A stretch of DNA of 57,695 nt, the filler included, from Porpidia crustulata (Eukaryota): the NCBI GenBank assembly GCA_964255105.1. It is 7 parts of 7 records of this genome, joined end to end, with 100 filler letters (N's around TTAATTAATTAA, not from the genome) between each part and the next. Parts side by side here need not be neighbours in the genome. Positions count along the whole stretch, not along the records: positions 8,275 to 16,445 come from CAXUWE010001159.1; positions 16,546 to 24,716 come from CAXUWE010001160.1; 5 more parts are not named here. One strand, written 5' to 3'. The stretch's first letter is position 1; the number at the start of each line of letters is the position of its first letter. The notes under the pieces were generated by a model, which saw only the letters and a list, made by a program, of their open reading frames with translations, was not told the origin of the DNA and ran no database searches. The position numbers were made by a program, and so were the translations under genes. Positions 11,755-23,010 of the stretch are shown piece by piece.

Positions 11755-13296
11755 ATTGACCAGAAGAAGAATTTCGCAGGTGTGTAAGAGAGCGGTGAAT
11801 GGGAAAAGCTCTGAGCTCTGAATATTTGGGTACGACATCAAAGTAGTTGATCCCTGGCAGTGGATCAGCCCTGACTCCCGGGAATAAAATGCAACATGAC
11901 GTATGAACGTTACCCGCATTACTACCTATATATAATACCATTTGGATACTTTACAGTATTTGTTGCCGACACCTGTTCTACCTGGTGAGTCAGTTGCGTT
12001 CTGCATTATACTACTTCAGATTGTTAGGACCGATATGTATGGGCTTTTCCAATTATATATCATGGTATAGTACAGCTCAAGATAAAAGTGTCAGTCTGGA
12101 GACGGTTCTAATCAATACCTTCCGATTATATGTAGGACACAGGGCCTTGCTTTGTACTGGCTCTCTCACATTGGGCAGAAGAATGCCAAAACGAAAACCT
12201 CTTGACTGTTCCACTAGTACTAATAGGAATTGAATCTTTTAGGGTCAAGTACAATCTCCGGACCTGTAGAGAGCTCTAGAGATTGGTTATCAGATTTGGC
12301 TCATGTTGTAAAGTTGATTATGACTTTATGAGTACCAATTGACGAAGACGAGGACATGCTAACACAATCCATTACAGCGGAACTTCTGTCGACTCGCAGC
12401 TAATATAAACTCTTGTGACTTTGTTAACCATGTGGTCTTCAAAGCAGGCGGTTCAAATTTATACTGCTGTGATTTTCCCAGGCTGTCAAGTCTTTCGAAA
12501 TTGTACTGTCTTTGGATTTCTAGAAGACGTCGATGAGGTGCACTGTATTTGGATGATTTAACACTCGAAACAGCTTTTTTTTCGGCAGCACGATGCCCAA
12601 GTTATCGACATTGACCCTAGTAAGAAATATCTGCGCTCGGGGACGGCATAAATGTCCAGGTCAGCCCTGGTATAGTCGACAAGTCAACTACTGTTCCATC
12701 TCTCCATTATCATGCCTTCCGTACCCTCAGAGCGTGTCTGGTCCTGAAGATACTACCAGCCGACAGCTGTTTGTATTATTGGGTATGACTTTTCTCCTGT
12801 CGTTAGTTAGACCTAGGGTGTTCTGGATAATTACATTTACTTATGATTAGTAGCTAGATATCTCACTTGGCCTTGTGGAACGCTCCAATTCCAATTGAGC
12901 TCTACCTACTAGGTCTATTCGTGATCTTAAGAGTTTTACTTCCTCTCCGTTCTTGGTGGCATCAAGAGAAGCCCAATTCTATTAAGCAATATCCAATACC
13001 CAAAGGCCCTGTATTAACGCAAGCAAACTTCTAGTGATCTACGACCCAATTGGGTTTGATGTTTTGAAGAAGACCTATGGATCTTGATCTAATCTTATAT
13101 ATCTATATTTCGATTACACCTCGCTATGATTGAAAATTTGGTTCTTCCGGATGGGGTTCGAGGTTCTAATTGATACTTTCTAGCAATAAATAACGTTTTA
13201 AGATATTGATTCTTGAGTGCAATCGTTCAAGGCCGGGAACCAATTCTTTGGATGGCGGTCAGGTATTATAGGGCGGCAGATCTCTGTGCCGCGATA

Positions 13297-14148
13297 TTAG
13301 AGATTACTGGAGACCTGATATCCTAGATCCATCCATGACTTCATCGCAACCTGTTTCATTTCGAATTGCTCCGTTTCTGTCAATGGCTTTTCAGTGCCGG
13401 TTCGAAGCTGTCTTGATCCCGCAGTCTCTATCATTGAGGCGCTACCGTCATAGGCGTCTTTAAATTGGTATGTTCGGAACTCAGTGTTGGCCCAACCCGT
13501 GCCTGGGACTTTCTTTAGTAGTGCACAAGCCTAGACGAAGACGCGAACGTTTGGTTTACCTTGATATTTTTTGGTATCAGCCCAATCTTCTGTGAAGAAA
13601 TGCAGGAACCCGCCGTGCGTTACAAGCACGATCTCTTTTTCAGGTCTTGCCTTGAGCCACTGCCTGACTTCTTTTGCTCTTGCCTCGATTGCGTCAGCAT
13701 TCGCGGCCCACTTCCCTTTGTTGTTGTTCCATCCATCCTGCACTAAGCTGAGATCTACTGGCTTACCCTCCATTTCTTTCTTAAGAATCTCAAGGTCGCT
13801 ACCGGTATCACATGGCAAGTCTGACACTTCTTGTGCTTCTGGTAAAGCGATAACCTTCACACCGCGCTTTATTTCCGGTTCGAAGCCTAGAAAGGTGGTA
13901 TAGATGGTTCGGCGGATGGGAGAAGTGACTAGAAGGTCAATATTCTGATGGTACGGGAAGCGCTGGGCAAGACTGCGGCATTGCTCTTCGCCAAAGGGCG
14001 TCAATAAGGGGTCATGCATGCCATGGTTATTGGTGGAAAGATTGTGGTATCCCTGAGCATGTCGAATGCAATGAACGATTGGAGCCACTGGAGATGATTG
14101 TAAGTATGGGTGAGATGCTCGGAACAAAATAGATCGGAGGGGCTCACT
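13297..14148 (-). CDS. Histidine phosphatase / phosphoglycerate mutase-like protein; start codon split by an intron
   Basis: Motifs HCIRHAQG, SPIRRT and LVTHGG. Introns 14147-14088 (creates A|TG) and 13559-13503; last exon GTGWANTEFRTY to TAA at 13297-13299. The exact 3' end is less certain. Confidence 0.88.
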
Positions 14149-14246
14149 GCTTAACAGGTGCAAATCCAGTCGACTTCTATTCTGGCAAATCGGAATTCAC
14201 GAACTTGATTTTAATTCATAATGAAAGAAGCAGAGAATGCAAGAAA

Positions 14247-14254
14247 TTTATATA
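14247..14254 (-). promoter_or_regulatory. Candidate TATA box (TATATAAA) of the histidine phosphatase gene, inside a ~350-bp divergent promoter
   Basis: Consensus-like TATA ~100 bp upstream of the inferred start. Confidence 0.4.
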
Positions 14255-14496
14255 TGGCCATGATCTCACGAAAACAAACGCAATGATTCATCCGGAAATT
14301 CGGGCTCTGACGGACCGATTAGGGTACACGCCCCACGATACTCGTCGTCATTGGTATGCGCTAAGCTAGCCTGAGTCAAGGGCTTCCGCGATGGCCCTGA
14401 ATGCCAAGCTTTCGGCCAACCTTCCGAAGCTGGCGAAAAATACTGCTAACAAATCCATTATCTCGACGGAAAATAGGTTAACCACAACATGATGAG

Positions 14497-15769
14497 ATGC
14501 AAAGGTTGCGAAATGGCCGTACATCTCACTCCTTCGATATACCACGATATCTGCTTCGCACCTTTCGGAAGGCCAGTGCTATAAATACCGAACGAGGCTA
14601 CTCCACGGTCTTTTCCAACGAGAGTGATGAAGTGAAGGTGAAGGTGAAAGTCGGTCTAAAGGGTTTCGTACCTTTGAGGTATTTTCTCCGCATTCCACTC
14701 TTATTATTCCCACAAGTCTGACATTGTAGGCAGTATCCGTCACCCACCCAATCCTACGCCAGATGGCCCGATTATCCTCTTCCTTCGTCATGGTGTGCCC
14801 GATGCATTCCACGTCCCAAAGCCTGAGTCTACGTCATCGCTGGCATTGGGTTCGAATGCAACTGTTGTGCGACTAGAGTATCGACTTTCTGATCAGTACC
14901 CATATCCTACACCTATACATGATGTCTTGGCAGGATATAAGTGGGTCCAGAAACACTTGGCTTGCAGGACGCAGACGTCCAATGGCTTGTACGAGACCTC
15001 AAAGTATGCGAAGCTTGGTATCTGTGGTGAGCTTCTCGGAGGGAGCCTGGCCACCATGCTGGCCTTGACTGAATGCCATGTTGGCAGGCCAGGTATAAGT
15101 GGCGCCGCCATGGGAAACCCAATTGTCGATTGGACTTCGCTCTTCCCGGCAGCAGAGGAAACCGAAACAGACTTTGCAAATCCATCTAAAGCACGTTTCT
15201 CCGCCAATAGCATCGCAGGAAATCCGTCGCAAGCCCAGCCCAACGGATCCATGTCGGTGGAAACCCTCGTCGCTCTCAGATCTACACTCTTTGGCAAGCC
15301 TGAGACTTTTTTAGATCCGTTAGCCAGTCCACTGCTCTTCTTCCGTACCCCTGGGTAAGATCTACCTCCCGATCCATCCGCCTATGCAGGTCTACGACTA
15401 AACGCGTCTGATGACGATCCGGAACCACATGATCCATCTCTACACGCGGTGAAAAAGCGTCGATCGCATCGAAAGTATCCGCCTCCAAGTTCGAGCCTCA
15501 GCCTACCGAAGATGCGGGTGGAGGTCGGGAAGGATAACGCATTGAGGGCTCAGGGCCTGGAACTTGTAGAACTTGCGCGGAGAAGCGTCGGCCTCTGGGA
15601 AGAAGGAGGTAAGGACAGTGTCTGGAAGGAGGATGGAACAACAAAGATTGGCGCTGGCGTTGGAGAGGGGAGGATCGAGGTTGTGGAAAGAGAAGAATCA
15701 GGCCTATGGGGAGAAAGAGAGTTGGCTGAGCTTGGTCATTGGTTTGGCGAAGTTTTGCGCCGACCGTGA
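14497..15769 (+). CDS. Alpha/beta hydrolase-fold protein with one in-frame TAA (possible pseudogene or base error)
   Basis: Intron 14679-14733. Motifs LEYRLS..YPYPTPIHDVLAGYKW and GICGELLGGSLATMLALTE. The frame continues through TAA 15356-15358 into DLPP...KRRSHRKYPP. Confidence 0.75.
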
Positions 15770-16445
15770 AGGAAGGTTGGAACTCGGCACCCGGCGAATA
15801 TAATCATCTACTGGTCAATCAACTCACACATTTACATCTCTCATTGCGTTATGTCTCTCTTCGCGACAAAAATCCAACTCTTAAAATATTCAAATCGACA
15901 AAGCTCCAAATGACACGAGCCCGGAGATAAAATATACGCTAGCGGGTCTCCCCGCCAATGGTGAAAGAGCCTATCTGCTAGCGTCATCTACGTGTGGCTG
16001 GCAAGGCTGGATATCGAGTCAACAAACACCATGATTCGACAATTCGCAGGGCCAGCCACGCACGGCCGCTGCAGAGGTTGGGCGGCCAATCTGGAGCGAG
16101 TACAAGATGTACAGCTCCTCATCTGGCTAAATCTCGCATACACAACTTTCACCATCAGTTGAAAGCCACAAACTTCTACGACCTTGACGACCTTGATACC
16201 CCACTGGCTAATAGCATCTGAGCTTTTCCAACCTCTGCATTGACCTTGACGATATCTACACTTCCACATTCTCGATACAATTTCCAGACAGCGCGCATTG
16301 AAATACCTCTCTCTCAACCATCCAGGGAACAAATAAGTCCCCTATCTCTGCGAGCCTCCTCCCTTCTCTCAAATCCGTCACCTTGCGATCGCACACCATT
16401 TACCACCCATCACCACTTCAAACCCGCCTTCAATCCTTCCATCCT

Positions 16446-16545
16446 NNNNNNNNNNNNNNNNNNNNNNNNNNNNNNNNNNNNNNNNNNNNTTAATTAATTA
16501 ANNNNNNNNNNNNNNNNNNNNNNNNNNNNNNNNNNNNNNNNNNNN
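16446..16545. other. Artificial contig spacer
   Basis: N44-TTAATTAATTAA-N44. Confidence 0.98.
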
Positions 16546-17513
16546 GCCCACAACCCCTGCGATGAAGAATCCGACAACAGTCAATTGCATCCAATGCGCG
16601 CCCAGCCAGAATATGAAACGAGCGTCTTTGCTGTGCCAACTATTGCCCAAGTGATGGCTGAAGAAACTCCAAGGGTGCTTGTTGTATTCGTCTGGCATGA
16701 GGATACGCACTCTTCCTCCGTTCATGTTCGAGTCTGAGGCCATGTACTTCTTCCAAATTACGCTGAGAAATAAAGGACCGGTGCTCCCCATAACGGTGAT
16801 GTAGGGAAGTCCCCAATTCTTGTCATAAGTCTGAAGGGATTCGATGACGAAGAGAAAAAAGGGGTGACCGGGGACGGCGCCCATAGCATCGTTGGAAATA
16901 CCAGTGGGGTTAGTTTTTCGTGCCCAGGACGGATAGGAGAGTAGTGGGTCAAGACGTCGTTGGCAGCCCTACTGATGTCAATAAAAATATCAATTGCCAG
17001 GGGTGGATCTGGGGCTTACATCGTCGAGATCTATGTACACACCACCAAAGTGGGCCAAAACAAAATACCGGATGGCGTCTGCGCGCTGAATGGGTTCGGT
17101 GTAATTGTCAAAGGTATTAAGGAACCAGGGGTATTCGGTTGCGATGAGCTCGCGCGACATGGCGTCCGTCCAAAGCTGAATATGTTGTATTAGTACTTTG
17201 GGTCTAGAGTGATGTATTTCTCAGAATGCCGTACCTTGTACTCATAATCCTTGTGAAGCTCGATGCAACTCTGTTGTGCCTCCCTCCACAGCTCGGGTAT
17301 GCTGTCATTGACGTAGGTTTGATGTAGTATTTTGGGTATCAATTGAGGCATGTTTGCAATTGACGGGCTGTTTGGGGCTGGAATTTCGACACTGTGGATT
17401 GCATCGCTAGACGCATCCTCTACCAGGAGGCCCAGAAGAGTCCAGACTTGGTAGACAAGGAAGGCGATTATAGAGAAGTTGATGGCGAGAAAAATCGCGA
17501 GTCCACGACGCAT
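16546..17513 (-). CDS. SUR1: Mannosylinositol phosphorylceramide synthase catalytic subunit (SUR1/CSG1-like, GT32); 3' truncated
   Basis: N-terminal TM helix and IPKILHQTY. Introns 17234-17176 and 17019-16969. Motifs IQRADAIRYFVLAHFGGVYIDLDD (DxD), TGISNDAMGAVPGHPF and MGSTGPLFLS. Confidence 0.92.
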
Positions 17514-18453
17514 ATTTGCCGCCCTTTATGGCCCCCACCAAATATGGTATGTTTCGTCAAGTATTAACAATTACTCAAAGAAGTAAAGAGAGGAGGTGAA
17601 GGTGAAGGTAATTCGTAGCGAGAGAAGCTCCCCTAAGGGCAAAGCATTTGTTTTCGGTCCAGAGAGAGCAGCATGGACGTCGTTTAGGAGTAAGAATATC
17701 GTCCACAGAAGCGTAATGTCTTGTCGAAACGATATATGGAGTGAAAGGTATCTTTGAGAGAAGGAAAAAAGAATTATCAGTATGAGAATAAGAGGTTTAA
17801 TGAGAGTGAGGAGAAGTTCGCCGTGGTTGCACGATAGAGAGAAACTGGTTAGGGAAAGGAATAGCGTACGCCCGTACTTGCGAGTCGCGGCCTATTTGAG
17901 GATGCCCCAGCCTACTACTTTATCAGGACTAGCTAGATAGTAGTGATCACGCTAGTAGTCCCTGTCACGCCTGTGTGCCTGCCGGGTCTCGCTAAAGTCA
18001 AGAACGCGCAATCCGCGTGTGGCTGAGGACTTGAGTGAAGACCCTCACCGACTCAAACCCAGACTTCTCCAGCAGAGTCATTATCGTGAGAAGGAGTCAT
18101 GCTGTCGGAGACGTCAAAACGGAATCATTATACCGAATCCAATTTTGAAAGGCTGCCCGGGCTCGGTATGGCAAAGATCCATGACAATGCAAGGCGAGAA
18201 CGATGCTAAAGGTCTTGATTTGATATAGGTTTACACAAAGACCGAGGTAGTGATATGATGGAATTATATATTATGTATAGGATGTACTTGACGCTGGTGT
18301 CACGGCCTTACAACGTTGCAGCGGTAATTGCTACATATTGGTACACCTATGTATACAATGCTAGGGCGGACTTCCGATGTCGACCATCGCTATGCCATGC
18401 AACATGATCTGTCACGTCCATGGTATCCTGAATGCTAAATGACTGACACCTGA

Positions 18454-21400
18454 TCAGATCTTCAGCTCCTGGCCCATTGTCAAGGCTCCTTCAAGATCTT
18501 CGCCATCGTCGTAATCTATCAACCGCTCGTTCGACGGCCGGCCGCCGATACTCCTGTCCAGCCCATTCGCATCGACTCTCATCTGGTTGCCGAGCTGCAA
18601 ATCGGCTTCACAGGTAGGTGTCGTATCCATCGAGATGTTTTTCATGGCTGTTGCCAGACTCTCTGCAGACAAGCGCCGGCCATCGTCTTCAAAGCGGTCC
18701 AGGTCAAGCCCGTTGACTGGCAGCCCTTGCGCGATTCTGTGATTTCGTGCCAGATAAGCATGCAATCTTGCCACTTCCCGATCCCATTTCTGTGACAGGC
18801 TTGCAACTGCCGCCTTGACTTCCTTCTCAGTTGCATATCCATTCACAAATGTCTGCTTCTCAGCTTGACGAGCTGCAGACGGTCTCTGACCCAACATAGC
18901 TGCGCCAAGAGTCCTTCTCACAGTCGACCTTGCTGACTGACCTGTCCCGGTCGAGGACGGCTCCTGCATACTATCGAACTCTTGACTGACTTTCTTCAGA
19001 GACCACGCCCGATCATTGTTCATATCTGGCAGATATAGCAAGGTCGTGTTATGTTCAAGGCTGTTCACAAGTACAGTGAATGCTTGGAGGTTGATCTCAT
19101 TATTTTCGCAGTGAACCTCGCGGATCGAGTCGTTCGCTTCCAGTAAGGACGCTAGGGTGTTTGCGCCTGGGAGGCTAAGCTGTTGATGCTCGATGCGAAG
19201 AACCCGAAGAGACTTGTTTTCCTTCAGGCCAGTCAAGGCATGATTCAACCCAATCCCAAAATTAACGACTTCGAGATGTGCCTGTTCCCCCGAGAGATTG
19301 ATCTCCTCAAGGATTTGATTTTCCGCAAACATCCTCCGCAGAGCTTCGCATGTGTCATCGCACGCGTTATAAGGCAAATTGGTTTTGGAGACATCCAGGG
19401 ATTTCAGTACGGTATTCTTCGTGACACCCTCTACGAGCCTCTGGAAGTATTTCTCTCGATGATACTCAATCATTTGCATTGTGATATGTGTTGGTGTCGT
19501 AGATCTTCCAATGTCTTCCGCAAGCTTTTCGTGGTCCTGTTGAAGCCTGTTCTCGTTGGCGTACAAGTGCAGATTTCGAGGATGATCTGCACTCCTGCTC
19601 ATTGCTCGTAGTAGAAGAGCTAAACTCCCACCAGTCAGCTGTGTCTGGTTGAGACGCAGTTCTCGAAGAGTGTCCGATTGAGAGCTTTTCAGATAGACCG
19701 CTATTGCTTCCACTGTCGCATCATTGAGAGTAGTCCGGCTTAGTTCAAGTTCTTCGAGTTTCCATGCGAGTAGAGTATCTGCTGCAATAAGCGGCTCTGG
19801 TCCAGATGTGCGGTACATGTTGGATAAATTCAGCCGTCGTATATAGCCAAAATTGCCAAGTTGGACACGCAAGGTCGTCGGGTTCAAACGAGCCATGTTT
19901 CCAGACAGGTCGATTGACTCCATCGTAGCCTCCTGGTGCATTAAGGCTTGAAGGACTGTATTCATAGTCTGATCTACCAAGCCACAGCTTCCCAGCTCTA
20001 TGGCTCGGAAGTGGCATGACTTTTCGATGGCAGCAGCATACAGAAAGTCAATATCGACGTCAGCAAGTACGATGCCATTGAGGGTGATCCAGTCAACGTT
20101 TGTAAGCTGCTTTGCGCATAATGGGAACAGTGCTTCACAAATGCCACATCCTTCATCTCTTCCACTATCAAAATCCTTGGATTTCCTCGTCAAAGTATGT
20201 GCAAAATCAAGCCTCCGTAACCTCTTACTTTTCAGAGCCAAAGCTTGAACTTCTTGCACCAGGAGCCAAGAATGCTCTTGCAATGGTATGTTGAGTGGTT
20301 CCCCAGATCGCGTCGTCCAAGGCACGTGATCGAGCCCTTGTGGATCACGTTGGCCATACAAAATATCTAGCTTAACGTTACGAAAAGATATGGTGACAAA
20401 GGCTTCATTGTATCGAAGGGCCCGCATGATAGCTAGGAGTTCCAGTAAGTTGTACCTGGGCCGTCGTGGGTCGTTCGGGGGGAGTAGTACGAATACTGGG
20501 GCGTCATCACAATGATCATCCACGGTGTAGCGGATCCTCGAAGTATCTAGCTCATAAGCCGAACAATACGCCGTCAATGTCCGATCGAAGCTATGATAGT
20601 CGTCCTCATCTGGCGGCACAGCTAGCAACTCGTCATCCAGGCTCTGTGGAACATTCCAAGTGAACGGTTGCTCAAGCCATTCCGGTCGAAGCCAGTCGGC
20701 CGCTTGTCGTACGCAAAGCGCCAAGTCGTTAACACTAGACGATGCAAGGTACAGAGTTGTTTGCTGTCGAAACGGAATCCGAAAACTGAGTTGAAAAGTG
20801 TCGTCGAAAGACTGCACATTGAGAGAAGTAAGTGTGGTAATGCCGTGTGAAGCACCGTTGAGATCTGACAAGGATGTGCTGGATGCTGTCTTCGTAGGCC
20901 TAGGTAAAGGCACGATGTGGATTTTGTAGACACCGATAGCCAGGATGCAGATATTTGACATTAATTTTGAAAGATCGTCAGAAGACGATCGTCCACCGGT
21001 TTTCGTAGCTCGCTGAACAACTTTGAACATTTGAAATCGATTCGGATCATAGTCACGCGCTTGCTCCAGCGCCCGCGCAGTATACTCGATCATGTCTGCG
21101 CTGAAGATTAGAGGGTCAGTCAAGCGAGCTTTAATCGCAGCAGCCCGAATCGACGACAGCCAGATCTCCGATTCCCGCGGATCATCATGTTGTATGGTCA
21201 TCGCCGACGGGTGGCTTTCATCCAGATGCGCTATTTCAATGCTGAACCAAGGCTTCCCATCGTCAAGTTTGTAGACGGCGACCACTTGGTTCAGTGGGAT
21301 GCAGTGAAAGTGCTCCGTGGGTATAGCTGATTGCAACTCGTGAAGCGACCCGCTTGAGCTCATCCGAGAGTGTCTTACTGCGCCGGCTCTTCCCAGTGAG

Positions 21401-21939
21401 GCAGGAATACTAGGGAACATGTCTGATGCTCTAGCCTGATTCTTGAACCGCGTAAGGTGTGTGTCCGTGAGGACCAGATAGATATTTCTCTTTCTGAACA
21501 TGCTGCTCTGCAGCTGAACGTCGCCATGATGCAGGACCGTTTGATTGGCAGGGTTGAAAACCGCATGAGCAGGTATATGTATGGAAGTCGGCGTGGAATG
21601 GGTACGGGTCAGGCCATCGTTGTCGTCGCTGACCGAATGCAGGGAGCGGAAAGAGCCAAAGATACTCGACGGGCGGCCTGATTTTTGCAGACTATGCGGG
21701 CGAGATCTGGGGGAGAATAGGCGGTCAATGCTGCTCTTAGAATTGTTCCGCTCTAGAGTTGAATCTGAATGTGCTGAAGTCGGACTGGAAGAAGGCTCGG
21801 GGGTAAAGAAGGATGCCGGACGTCGTTTCTTCAAGGTGGCTGAAGTCGGCACGGGCGGGTCATTGTCGTCTATAGGTGTGAGGGCCTTTATGGGGGGGCG
21901 GAAAATGCTCAAGCTCTTCCGCCGACGTCGTTCAGACAT
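18454..21939 (-). CDS. Large RNI-like leucine-rich-repeat protein with PH-like N-terminal region (1161 aa, single exon)
   Basis: Uninterrupted ORF with many LxxLxLSxN-type repeats (IDLSGN, LNLSNM, LELSRT, LRLNQT, INLSGE) and a PH-like segment, FRKRNIYLVLTDTHLTRFK. Confidence 0.85.
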   Translation of the reverse strand: MSERRRRKSLSIFRPPIKALTPIDDNDPPVPTSATLKKRRPASFFTPEPSSSPTSAHSDSTLERNNSKSSIDRLFSPRSRPHSLQKSGRPSSIFGSFRSLHSVSDDNDGLTRTHSTPTSIHIPAHAVFNPANQTVLHHGDVQLQSSMFRKRNIYLVLTDTHLTRFKNQARASDMFPSIPASLGRAGAVRHSRMSSSGSLHELQSAIPTEHFHCIPLNQVVAVYKLDDGKPWFSIEIAHLDESHPSAMTIQHDDPRESEIWLSSIRAAAIKARLTDPLIFSADMIEYTARALEQARDYDPNRFQMFKVVQRATKTGGRSSSDDLSKLMSNICILAIGVYKIHIVPLPRPTKTASSTSLSDLNGASHGITTLTSLNVQSFDDTFQLSFRIPFRQQTTLYLASSSVNDLALCVRQAADWLRPEWLEQPFTWNVPQSLDDELLAVPPDEDDYHSFDRTLTAYCSAYELDTSRIRYTVDDHCDDAPVFVLLPPNDPRRPRYNLLELLAIMRALRYNEAFVTISFRNVKLDILYGQRDPQGLDHVPWTTRSGEPLNIPLQEHSWLLVQEVQALALKSKRLRRLDFAHTLTRKSKDFDSGRDEGCGICEALFPLCAKQLTNVDWITLNGIVLADVDIDFLYAAAIEKSCHFRAIELGSCGLVDQTMNTVLQALMHQEATMESIDLSGNMARLNPTTLRVQLGNFGYIRRLNLSNMYRTSGPEPLIAADTLLAWKLEELELSRTTLNDATVEAIAVYLKSSQSDTLRELRLNQTQLTGGSLALLLRAMSRSADHPRNLHLYANENRLQQDHEKLAEDIGRSTTPTHITMQMIEYHREKYFQRLVEGVTKNTVLKSLDVSKTNLPYNACDDTCEALRRMFAENQILEEINLSGEQAHLEVVNFGIGLNHALTGLKENKSLRVLRIEHQQLSLPGANTLASLLEANDSIREVHCENNEINLQAFTVLVNSLEHNTTLLYLPDMNNDRAWSLKKVSQEFDSMQEPSSTGTGQSARSTVRRTLGAAMLGQRPSAARQAEKQTFVNGYATEKEVKAAVASLSQKWDREVARLHAYLARNHRIAQGLPVNGLDLDRFEDDGRRLSAESLATAMKNISMDTTPTCEADLQLGNQMRVDANGLDRSIGGRPSNERLIDYDDGEDLEGALTMGQELKI

Positions 21940-23010
21940 TGTGCTGCAATTCCTTGAACGTAGATTATCAAATATAATGAAACACAGAAAGAGAATTCAT
22001 GACGAAACATGCGGCTTTTGAATCGCGTCAACTGGGTATGTCAATTGAGCGCTGCTTTGCACTGTCCTAAAACCATTGCCAAGAAGCCAAACGGAGTGAC
22101 ATTCAATGAGAATGGAATCGGTGGCTGCGTGATGGGTCTTAAGTTCTTGTCGTAAGACTGCCACTCTGCGTGTCTGCATACTGCATCACCCGGTTTAAAC
22201 ATTTATTTGCTACTCTAGTGCTACGGAGATGGACGGGCATGAGCGCTAGAGTGAGGCTTGGAGAATTAAAGATTTCGTTATGCAACGTCTCCCGCATCAG
22301 TTGGCTTGGGGTGTGGCTTGTACCCGGTAACCATCCCTTCCGAATTGATCGGATCTTCTCTTTTCTTTCTTACTGGTCAATTGATTGAACGAACGGAATT
22401 GATGTATTCAGTCTATTGATACTATTAAAAGACTTGCCATACCTCAGGTACCTGTCGTTTACGTTCAAGAGTATGTTCTGTGCGCAATGGGGCAAAAGTG
22501 ACTGACAATCATGCCATTGATACTAATGGTTTGCCTGCTGCTCGATTCGAGAGTCCCAGAAGGGTAATCTTGATGTTATACCCAAGCATTCATTCACCCC
22601 ACCCCATTGCGGAATACTGCGTGTCTTTCCTTCCGTCCTGAACATTGAGTCACTCTATCCGAGACTTCATCAAGTTCTTTTTACCGGATTGATTCACATG
22701 TCTCGCTAAGACACTCACACGCTTGGCTGCATATGACTCAGTGATTTCGACACAAGGCTTGCACGACACTACAAGTATCCTATCTCAACCAACCATCACT
22801 GAAAGGCCAGAAGGGTAGAGCAGTGCAATTCAAGATCTATCGATTGATCAACAGTCCGAAAGTGGCATAATTTCTAGAGTCTGTGGTGTTGAATAGGCCC
22901 ACTTGGCCTTCTTCCGTAAGGCAATCATACAAAATGTTTACATACACCTAACCAGTACTGTTAGTATACTACTTCCTAAAACACCACCGCGGTACCCTGA
23001 ACCGGCCAGA

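Noticed and set aside
15988..16445. Possible 3' continuation of SUR1 across the spacer
   Set aside because: No SUR1-like reading frame was recognised, and the contigs are unlinked.
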